From Basidiobolus meristosporus CBS 931.73 (taxonomy: Eukaryota > Fungi > Basidiobolomycota): a stretch of DNA of 55,437 nucleotides. Position numbers and translations under genes: made by a program. Under the pieces are notes generated by a model, which had not been told where the DNA came from, ran no database searches, and saw nothing but the letters and a program-made list of their open reading frames with translations. Shown in pieces: positions 25,542 through 35,427 of this stretch. Positions within the stretch are counted from its first letter, which is position 1; each line of letters begins with the position of its first letter. The stretch lies in NCBI GenBank assembly GCA_002104905.1, contig MCFE01000588.1:1-55437 (forward strand), given 5' to 3'.

Positions 25542-26864
25542 AACATTAATAGGCACACCAAGAGGTTGCAGCACTTCTTCAAGAGCTGTGCTCAAGAAAA
25601 CACACTGGAATATTTCAAGGATTCATTGCAAAGAGTTGCAGATGAGGAGCTAGGCCTTGCAGTGCTGGCTGAAGACCAGGGCATGTGGGAACCAGTGAAT
25701 GAACAGTGGCATAAAGCCGTTGGGTCCCTGCCAAAGTTGTGGAACCAGACTGTTACAGCAGAAATACTTATTGAGTGGCGGATTTTAATGGAGTTACATG
25801 TTGAGTGTGGGGTTAGGCTTAATGTTAGTGTAGGGTATAAAGACTTGTATAGGTCAATGCAATTGGCAATTGAGGTACAACTGAAGTTTCAAAAGAAATA
25901 AATCAATTGTACACATGAAAAGTAAGAGAAACAGTTGAGTCAGGAAGTAAGGAGTGTGAAAAAGAGGCAATAGCCAATCAATTCACACAAATGTAGGAGG
26001 CAATAGAGTGTCCAGGATCAGAAAGTGAGCAAATTGGCAAGGAACCAATCAAAGGCCACTTATATATTGTTGTGATGAAAAATTTTGACAAAGTTTTTTG
26101 TGAAATCTGGGGTGCAATTATTTTTCAGCGATCTCTGGACGGTGTCCTGACAAGATCAGTACCTCTTAGTCACAGGAAATTAACTTTGTGATGGCCTTTT
26201 GATGGGATCATCTCAATAATTTTTCATAGGGAGAAGTACAAATTATTATCTGCGTTAGTGATGCTTCAGCCATTAGCAAGATAGCTGGCTTTTCAGGGAA
26301 CAATGAACAGTACTTCTGTCACCCATGTGATATCCCAGGGATTTAATCTATGTCTTATACACATCATTATCATCCAAGCACCAACATCAGGAACATCATC
26401 TTCCTACAGTGAGAACACGCGGAAGTCAGCATGCAGTTGCAGCAAAGTTGATAAGCTATCAGCCATTAGCCAGATTGTGGAATTAATCAAAAACCAGAGA
26501 AAATGAAGATAGAGGCAATCTGTTGGCGCAAAAGCTTTTCCCTGAGAGCAATGCATTTTTTCCCCAACAATATCCCTATATCAATTACTAAGTTGTACAT
26601 GGAGTATTTCAAGCAAAATGAGCCATTTAGATACTCAAGAAAGTTGAAAGAATTGGCAAGATATTACAGAATATTTGCTACACATAGTACTTCTCATGAG
26701 TTCTAGTCAATATTCATATGCATATGCAGCAGTACAGATGTAAAAGCTGGATGAACTGGATATTTATATATTCAGGTAGCCTTATGAAGCCATCTCTATC
26801 AAGAGTGTATTGGAAGCATTGGGAGTTGCTTGTTGGTATTGTATGCATATTTATCTAGAGGCAG

Positions 26865-27932
26865 TGTGGTAGTGTACAAGTCCAAGGAGGAGATAGGTCC
26901 AAGACTTGTCAAGTGTTTTGTATGTGAGGTACTCACTGGGTGCAATAACCTCTGGCAAAAGCTTGCTAGCAATACTTGTGTATTGACTCTACCCTAATAT
27001 GAAGGTGAATAAACTCACAAGCCTGTTAAGAGAAGATTATTGAGCTACAATCCTTAATTTAGTTGGCATCTTAACAAAAGTATATGCAGTGCTCAGCATT
27101 CTTTGAGATGACAATGTACTAAAGCTGCCAAAGTCAACCCAACTGTAAACACCCCCAGCAGGGACCTGATAAGAAGCAGCTGTGGTGCATAGTTACAAAG
27201 TCAGAATAGTATCTTTGCCTGTACAAGAACAAACTTGGGAAAGAGCCAAATATAATAAAAAATGCCTGTCTGGAGTATTCCTTACAAGTAGGGCCTCCAA
27301 GGTCAGTTGGCTGTTAATATGGCTTCCTGGGAGTGTCCTGTAGCCCAGAACTGGAAGTTCAGGCTGCAGCAGGTAGCAGTAATCATACTAGTCAGTAAGT
27401 TGGTATATTGATAAAAGCAATGAAGATTAATTGCTGAGGGATTGCTCCCTTGTATACTTTTCTCACTGGCAAAGTGTTTACTAACTGTGGTACTCCTGAA
27501 GGTCCTGGAGATCAATCAAAATCTTAATGACATCAGAATGAGCCAAGAATGTTCTAAATGGATGCTGGATGGTTCTAAGAGGCACAGCACATAAAAACAA
27601 TCAGGGATTGGTATTCTGAGACCTGTGTAATATAGGAATACCATATACAGGATGAAAACGGCAGGGATGGTGGCATAGTTTAGTCATGTGACACTGGTAG
27701 TGGCATTGATACTTCCCAAATATGGAGGCATTTTCATCAAGTAATCTCACACACAGTAGGGATTAATATATGCAATAAAATAAGCAGGTTTGAAGTCAGC
27801 TGGCTTATGGAATAGTACTTGCAAGATGAGACAAATGGGACAAAGCTGAAATAAGGGTAGTGGCAAAATAGGGAAGTAGAAAATATGGGAATGAGAACAT
27901 CTGTCAGTGGATGTCACTGTAACCCCACTAGA
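26865..27932 (-). repeat. Solo LTR family 2 in the old transposase
   Basis: TGTGGTAGTG...CCCCACTAGA; flanks GCAG/TCAG; the host rejoins to match the reverse complement of ~21770-21800. Confidence 0.85.
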
Positions 27933-28372
27933 TCAGATCACCAATGCCTATTTGGTACATCTACAGCTTTTATGCTAGATATTTGTGATGGTAATTGAGA
28001 GGCTATACTACAAGCATAAAGCTGAATATGTAGATTGCTACCACTACTGCATCCATTCTCTACTCCATCTTACTTGGTGTGTGGAGAATATTGACCCTTA
28101 CTTCATCTTTGGGAGTTTCTTATGGAGCAGATGTGTAGGGAGATAGGAAGATGGGACAAGTTGCAGCTACTATCATATTCAATCTCATCAGGAATGTAAT
28201 CTTCAAGTCCATCATGGATATGATGAGCTGGCACATGGAGGACAGCCAGGAAGGGTTGGAAAGTACTGAGGACAGATTAGCACATGGAGACATCTATGCC
28301 ATTAGCATTAAGAAGCTAAGCAGCCCCAATGCATATATTATCAGTTAAGTTATCCAAGAGAAAAGTGTAAAC

Positions 28373-28721
28373 TGTTGTAATTATTAAGTTGTCACCAAAG
28401 TATCAATGCTAAATTAGTCACATAGATCTTATTCTTTGATTAACATTCTGTCCTGACCAAATTTCTTGTTGGGATTTACTTAGAATATTTTCACCAAATT
28501 ATCAGGTACCCAGATTAAGATCTTTCTCAAAGTTATCCAAAAGCCCCCAAACTTTGCACATATATTCTTGGGCCCTTCCTTAACAAACTTTACATGTTTT
28601 TTTGCTCTACTTTATCAAAAGTATAATTACCATACTTTTGATCAATAAATCAACAAGTGAATAACAAGTAAATCCTCTAGTTCTCTTCATCACTTCCAAT
28701 ACTCCTCAGAATATTGCAACA
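28373..28721 (+). repeat. Copia solo LTR in opposite orientation
   Basis: 349 bp reverse-complement copy of the Copia LTR; flanks TAAAC/TAATA match poorly. Confidence 0.85.
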
Positions 28722-29299
28722 TAATAAAGCTCTTCAATGGTTTAACCAAACCAAAGGGATAGTTAAGTGCAAAATCATTGAACAGTCAGAAAGTGGCAGA
28801 AGTATTAGCAGAAAGGTTCTGGTCTAATATTGGTCTTGGATGTAGCTGGGTTTGGCTATAAATGCAACTGAGTAGTTTTGCTTTGCAGGCCAAGATAGGG
28901 GTTCTTGGGAGGGCAAGATTTGCTAGGCTTAGGTAGAAACTAGAATGGAGTTGCTGAATACTTATTTTTGCTGCAACACATTCTTAATTTTATTGAGACA
29001 CAATCTGAGCCAAGAGGTCCAGTAAGCTTTATTTATGCTTTTCTGATCAGGTTGAGTTAGTTAGCACCAAGAGATAGGATTACTAATTGAAGTTAATATT
29101 GGTGTTGATAGATAAACCAGATAAATGAAAGTAGAATCATCCATCAGCTGATGAATTGGCAACTGCTAAGTGCTTGGATAGGTCTCAGACAACTAATCAC
29201 CTGGGGAGGCTTGGCAGATTGGTTGAGGATGTTATGATCACATGAAAATGGATAAGGTGTAATAGCTAAAAGAGATTTTAGTAAAATAGGCCAAGTTTG

Positions 29300-29771
29300 G
29301 AAGGTTGATGTACAGCATGGTGTAATTTAATGGAGTTTCTTGTGGAGTATGGGGTTGAGTTCAGAATCAGTATTGGGTATAGGGACTTGTTTACATCAGT
29401 ACAATCTAGGAACAAGTGACATCCAAAGATTCCACAGAAATAAGCCACCCCATTTGCATCAAAAGTATGGGCACCAGTAGAATTAGTAAGTAAGGAGTGG
29501 GAGAAAGAGGTAATAGCAAATCAATGTACACAAATTTGGGGGATGATGGAGTTTCCAAAATCAGGAAGTAAGAGAAGTGGCAGAGAAGCAATCAAATGCA
29601 ACTTAGGGACCATTGAGGTGAGAACTTTTGATCAGGTTATTTGTGGAATCTAAGGGGCAATTTTTTTCCACTGGTTTTTACAGAGTCCTGACAGCATCAA
29701 TACCTCCTGATCATGGGATTTAAATTTTGCGATGGCCTTTTGACAGGATCATCACAATTATTCTCATAGGG
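29300..29771. mobile_element. ORF2-side end of another CMC copy, marking the edge of the TE cluster
   Basis: Homologous to ~25760-26231, ending ATTATTCTCATAGGG at 29771; the left limit is approximate. Confidence 0.8.
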
Positions 29772-30402
29772 TATTACTACAAAATCCATGCTGTCCAACC
29801 TAAGCACCAGCCCTAATCAGCGGTGGTGGCACAAAGACTGAAGGATCCATTTAAACAGGTGGATCTTGGGAATGTGCACCGGAAGTAACAATGAACGACT
29901 TGCACCATCGTTGATAGGAGATTTGTTGTGGGGATCAGCACATGTTGCGTTCAAGGGATTTGATGGGATATGACCATCATCCACTGGAATCGGATCCATG
30001 TAGCTGTTGCGTACCACACCGCTGAATTTCCTATTGTTTCTTAGTCGACTCACCTGCGTCCACAGAAACAACGGACATGAGCACATCGCTTGGGGGCCGG
30101 ATCGGCCGTTCACTGGTCGGCGTTAATCCCTTATGCTCACAATAACCCACTGACGATCCCGTCATTGTGCCTGCATGTAGCGCCCATCATGACCCCTCGA
30201 AACGGATCAGACCAGCACATGAGCGATATTGGCAGCTTGACGACGACCTGCCGAGCTTCCTTGTCGATGCCGATACAAAACGAACTCATTCCTGGATGTG
30301 GGTTTCAGGTACACGGTGGCCGTCGTCAATATAAAACCAATCGCTCGACACGCATAGCATATATCCAGCAGCATTTCCACTGTAAAAAAACCTCTGCCGA
30401 TC

Positions 30403-31308
30403 ATGAAGCTTGCCACATTAGCCCTAGCCTTCCTCGGTCTCTCTCTATACTCCACGGCAGCCCCTGACCAGACAAACTACGACGCCAAAGCCAATTACGA
30501 CACCAAGGTGAAGTACGTGAACCGGCTCTTCCAGAGCCTCATGTATCCCAACAATACGGAGATAGCCAAGAGTGGGAAAGCCCCAGGGATCCTATCGTTG
30601 GATGTTCAGGGAAGGGTGGACGTCACTTGGGTTTTTGATGGCCAAGAAGAGAACATTGAGTATCTGTTTGGTCTATTCTCCAACCTTGCCTCCAGCTCCC
30701 AGACGCCAACCTTCCTCGGAGTTCCCGTGAGCTACAGCATTTTCGAGCTTGCCGTGACGGGGGACATCGTCTCCACCAGCGTCAATGTGGACTTCGTGCA
30801 TGAAGCGACCGGGATTCACCTGCCGATCCAGATCGACGTCTGGCTTCGGTTCAATCAGAAAGGTGAGGTCGAACAGTATGATGCCGTCTTTCGCCGTTGG
30901 TCGCTAGCCTTCCGCACCTTCGTACCTAAACTGGCCCCGTTGATAGCGAAATTCCTGAAGGTTCCTCTATCGGAAGTGACGCCCGCGACACTGCCTAGTC
31001 TGATCCAGAAATTCTTGGCCCAGGGGATTTGCGAGTCCCACGGGAAGTATTGCTTGAACGCTGATCAGCAGTACTCAACGACTCAGGCCTGCTTGGATTT
31101 CTTACTGCAGAAGGTCCCTCTAGGGAGCCCGGACGAGATGGGGGGCAACAACGTTCTATGTCGGGTGATCCACGTCAACATGATCCCGTACCGGCCTGGC
31201 TTCCATTGTCCTCATATCGGGCCCACTGGCGGAGGCATGTGCATCAACCGCGTCTACGAGGACTACTTCAAGTCATATTTCAAGCAAACCTTCATTGGCC
31301 AGCCATAG
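30403..31308 (+). CDS. Secreted protein with a possible NTF2/SnoaL-like N-domain and a Cys/His-rich C-domain (HCPHIGPTGGGMC)
   Basis: Intronless 301-aa ORF with signal-peptide-like MKLATLALAFLGLSLYSTAA, natural codon usage and a TATAAAA box at ~30329. Confidence 0.85.
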   Translation: MKLATLALAFLGLSLYSTAAPDQTNYDAKANYDTKVKYVNRLFQSLMYPNNTEIAKSGKAPGILSLDVQGRVDVTWVFDGQEENIEYLFGLFSNLASSSQTPTFLGVPVSYSIFELAVTGDIVSTSVNVDFVHEATGIHLPIQIDVWLRFNQKGEVEQYDAVFRRWSLAFRTFVPKLAPLIAKFLKVPLSEVTPATLPSLIQKFLAQGICESHGKYCLNADQQYSTTQACLDFLLQKVPLGSPDEMGGNNVLCRVIHVNMIPYRPGFHCPHIGPTGGGMCINRVYEDYFKSYFKQTFIGQP

Positions 31309-32695
31309 GCACGTTGGCAGTATAGTATTCCCTGCGACTGTTAATCTTAATAATTCGATCCCCCTCCCTTCCTGCCCACGTATGCATGTACATCTGGCGA
31401 ACCGCCCAGTGATGTGAAATAAAAAAGGGCAGTCACAATTCTTCGGCTCCGCCGTTTTGCATGGACCCAGACGTTTACCAGACATAGATGTTTCGTAAGC
31501 AGGTAGAGAGCCTCCCTAGGTGGGCACTATTCGTTTCTCGACTTCACATCATCGATGGACGCCACATGTTGACAGGTTTCCTTTGTTGAGGGGATAAAAC
31601 TCACCCGACAGACACATGGCCTAAATTGGCCAACTCCCAAAGGAGGCACGCTATCTGGACGTGAATTGTCACGACGCCTGTAAAGCATTCTAGCTTGATC
31701 AGCCCATCCCACCGCACAATGAGACGCTCTACAGCCCCTCGATGAGGAAACCGTAATAGCATTTACCGGTCATTCGTTGAGTCCGGCGTATCCAATACCA
31801 TTACATCTGGCGTGATGCAAGATCAAAGACTAACAGCAGATGGAAAATTCCGCGAACTGGCAGCAAAGTGACTGGTCAGATCACCTCAGACACCCATCAT
31901 GATGATTGGACTCACTAGCAAGCGAAAGACCCTGATGGTATTCCTCCAAGCTAATTCGCCGCCCAATCCATTCGCATAAACAGCTGCACGCCGTGCATAA
32001 CAGTGGCTCGGGAAAACCCAGACAATGATCTGCCCGGACCCTGTGGCCGCTCTCACCATCACCACATCCTCTGGTCGAGGGATTCCCGTACTTGCCCGAA
32101 GGCCACGGCCAAGTGGTCGTTCATTGGGTGTGGGGAAGGGGGTGATTGGCTGTCGGGCGAATCTTCATCCTCTAGCACCACCAGAACGACCGAAGGGCGG
32201 GTTATGCAATGCGAGCCGAAACCCAGTCCAGCGTCCATGCCTTGAGTGAAACGGTCGAGATTATCGATGGAACCACGATCCATCGCCGGCATGGAGTTTC
32301 AGAGGATTCTCGATGGGAACGACCAAGACCATTGGATGGGTCGATGTGGAACCCGGAACTGCATCCACACCTCGCGGGGCATGAATCCAGTGACCTGGTG
32401 GCTGCCCCACTACCCATAAATCCACCCCCTCGCCCAGATCCCCGCTCAGAGAGATGGCTTTTCGTAGGAGTTGGATGCAAGTCCACATGATACCCAAGTG
32501 ATATCACTTTCCATCCGACGCCAGTTCATTCCACTCCCCTGCGGAAGCAAGACAAGCAGTTTTCAGCACTCCCCTTACATCCCTGAGCACACCACGCACA
32601 AGTCCCAGCTGCGTTGCCACCCCACCTCCTCATCCTAGAATCCCAACCACCCGTCCGAAAGTCGCTGCACACTGGATAGAGTTACTTTGGCAGCT

Positions 32696-33646
32696 ATGGA
32701 TCAGAACACCCAGCTAGAGTTGAACGATCGAGTGGAACTGTTGCTAATAACATTTACGTTTCCACTGGTCACACAGGACGTGTACTACTCCATCCGAATG
32801 GTGCTCACCGACCACGCGCTGATCTACAAGATCAACCTGGTCCAGTCGCTCCTGCTCTTCTGCACCGGGCTGGTGAACCTGGCGATCCGGATGGTCAAGC
32901 ACCAGGCGAGCTGCGTGGCCTACTTCTACTCGTACAACATCATGGCCTTCATCTCGGTCACGCTGTTGCTGACCCTCGTCTACCTGAAATCCCTGTGCAC
33001 CAACCGACACATCCGTCTGATCAAGGGGATGTTCGCATTTTCCCAGGGGATCCATCTGACCGTCGACGTGCTCATGCTTATCAAGACCCACGACATCTTC
33101 GCCAATTCCCAGGGAGGCTGCTCGTGGATCTCCGAAGACCTGTACGTGATCCTCCTGTTGTCCAACAACACGATCATCGTGGTTGTGCTCGCGTCCATCA
33201 CCATCTTCTACATGTACCGTTACGCCAAGGTGAGATCCTCGCCGATATTCAAGGTCCTCATCCGGGACGGGTTGATCTTCTTGTTGCTGATCACACTGGT
33301 CACGGTGGTGGTCCTAATCCTCCAGATTCTGAGACTGATTCAGTCGGGGATCTTGCTTCATGGTTCGTGTAAGTACTTTCACCACCCTCTCCCCTCCCTC
33401 GTACATCCCTCATCCGAAAATGACTGAACCCCATTCACGTTCTCAGGGATTATCTTGTCGCTGCTCACCACCCAGCAGTGCCGAAACTCCTACCGGCTGA
33501 GGCGTGGCGAATTGCAGCGTAGCGAACGATTTTCCAAGGATGTCACCGTCATGCAAATCGACCATCCTTCCACCTACTATTCGAGTGAGTCCAGCTCTGC
33601 ACTCTCGTCGATGGTGCAGGAAGTATCCACCGTCCCAACGAAATGA
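32696..33646 (+). CDS. 7-transmembrane GPCR-like membrane protein (2 exons)
   Basis: Seven hydrophobic segments, Cys at the start of TM3 and in ECL2, LIRDGLIF motif before TM6. Intron 33369-33446 (GTAAGT...CTCAG) joins HGS|WIILSLL in frame. Confidence 0.75.
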
Positions 33647-34360
33647 TCGCTCCCGCACCCCCCCCAGTGCTCAGGCATTCACATCAGCCAACCAGCTCGC
33701 GCTCCGCCGCTCTTCACCCATTTGGATCCCTCCGTGAATGGAAAGAGACTCACCATAATTCAACCTAGTCTCTTCCTACCATCTGCTCGGGAGGCTGTCC
33801 AGACCTCCCTGGATGAACATCGACCGCACGGAATGTTTGTCCCCATCGAACCAACCAAATGAATCCGCGATGGCCCCAAGTGAACAGTCGATCGTGGGTT
33901 CAGATGCGACCAAAGAGCAGGGACGAACCCAGGAAGAATCAAGTTTCTTTAGTTTAATATCAACCTACAAATCCACCGGGTCAATTGGTGGCAGATCCAC
34001 AATAAAATCACTTCGGTGACAAAGAAAACGGTGGTCAGATGCTGTATGTGACTGGCAGGGGGAGGAAGTCATGGGACAGAGGAATGGAGCGGAAGCGGAG
34101 GTGGAGTGGACGGGTGGATGAAGCTAGATGAAAGCGAACGGATCCTTTGCAACAAGGAATGCTTTATGCCGTATGAGATGATGTTGTGTCACAGAAACGA
34201 GGTGAATATTATGTAAAGGTATATGGATCAAGATCAGGATCAGGATCCGATTTAGAATCTTGGTGGAGGGGGGATTGGAATTGGGACTGAGACTGGATTT
34301 GGTATGAAAGGATTATTGAATGCAATATGGCTTCGGTTGGCCGGCTACTGTGGGATCTAT

Positions 34361-35427
34361 TCACAAATTCAGGTACCGTTGCTGGGCTTCGTAAGTGAGC
34401 AGGGCGAAGCCGAACAATGGAGAGACGATCATGCAACGAGGGACGATACCTTTGAAAAGTGCACTCGGACCCTCGTTACGCACGATCTCTTTGAAGCAGT
34501 GGGCGAAGCCACGATATACGGGCTCTCCAGGCTTAGGAGCGACCTGGAGTCGAGTCTTGACCACGTCCGCGGGGGTCACCGCACCAGAGGCGATCACACC
34601 AGCCACGATTCCAGAGCCGAACACTGCGGGGAAGGAAACGTTGCCGTTGGAGTCGGCACATAGCGTCTTCAAATAGGCGTGGGAGGGGAAGAAGAGGATG
34701 GAGAAGGGAACGTCTCGGAGTAGAGTGGCAGGGGTTCCCTTGTAGACCCCCTTCAGGCCAAGCTTCCTGACCACCTGGAGGGCGGTAGGTCTAGGCTGGC
34801 CGGGTTTGAGCTCTGTGCCGGCAACCTGCATCTGAATTTTCACTATCTCCATTGGATTGGTCGCGATGACTTGACAGAAACCTGCTGTGGCACCGGCAAC
34901 CATACCCAAATGGATCGGAAGGTGTTCCGGGTCCACTTGGTTCTCGCGGGCCAAGTACTCTCGAGCGTAGTCGTTCACAGCCAGCTTGATGGCCTTCTCG
35001 GGGGTGATGCCGACCAGGTTGGGGACAAGTCCGCGGTACAAACCACGGGCCCCCTCGGTTTTCAGGATGGTCTTGAAGCAATGGACCCTGTTGGGAACAA
35101 GAAGGTAAGCTCGGTGGGATGGGTGGACACAGGCGACGGAAGAAACCAACATACCCTCCCTTGTATCGGAGGTTGCCCGAGGCATCCATCTTCTGGTTTT
35201 GGAGTCGGGTCTTGACCATATCCAAGGGGTAGATGATCAAGGTTCCTACGATGCCGGCAATGGCGCCATTCACGAGTTTCAAAACGAGCCTGCAAAGAAT
35301 ACCATTAGTACCTTCCGGAGACCACCCGTGAGCCAGGGCAAAGAAAGCCACTTTACTTTCTCGTGCCGGATTTCTCTTCGGAGAGAGCGACAGGGGGTAG
35401 GGAAACAGACTCAGCCGTAACAGACAT
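34361..35427 (-). CDS. Mitochondrial carrier (SLC25), glutamate carrier/AGC1-carrier-domain type (3 exons)
   Basis: Three Px[DE]xx[KR] motifs (PLDMVKTRLQ, PMEIVKIQMQ, PADVVKTRLQ) plus LVGITPEKAIKLAVND and LLRDVPFS. Introns 35290-35356 and 35088-35154 restore the frame. Confidence 0.93.

Larger units (their letters stand above)
20435..26231. mobile_element. Complete-length CMC/EnSpm(CACTA)-superfamily DNA transposon, 5797 bp
   Basis: TIRs CCCTATGAAAAATAATT and AATAATTTTTCATAGGG (fit the CMCWR terminal motif), 3-bp TSD AGA (20432-20434, 26232-26234), Transposase_21/tnp2-like ORF and a divergent second ORF. Confidence 0.92.
3040..28372. mobile_element. Old, inverted CMC/EnSpm element acting as host of the nested cluster
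   Basis: ORF2 remnants on minus (3040-3751, 4556-4761, 8262-8401, 8725-8838) match the reverse complement of 24150-26118. Transposase remnants on plus (10264-11031, 17022-17242, 20254-20434, 26235-26864, 27937-28372) rejoin collinearly across each insertion, e.g. GCNV|EVQIIICVSDASAISKIAGFSG. Confidence 0.8.

Noticed and set aside
25566-25901. 111-aa ORF after ORF2 as a third transposon gene
   Set aside because: GTG start, no recognisable motif, and I could not show the frame is kept in the older copies. It might be a spliced ORF2 extension but this is unsupported.
4762-28721. Recurrent ~350-bp repeats or short repeats as a CRISPR-like array
   Set aside because: They are LTRs with TG...CA ends, PBS, PPT and TSDs; there is no regular repeat-spacer periodicity and the context is eukaryotic.
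2796-29774. TIRs at 2796 and 29771, both followed by TAT, as the ends of one giant element
   Set aside because: Both TIRs face the same direction, so they cannot be a matched pair.
32003-32507. Cluster of short overlapping ORFs on both strands
   Set aside because: GC-rich upstream region producing stop-poor frames; no motif or consistent gene structure.
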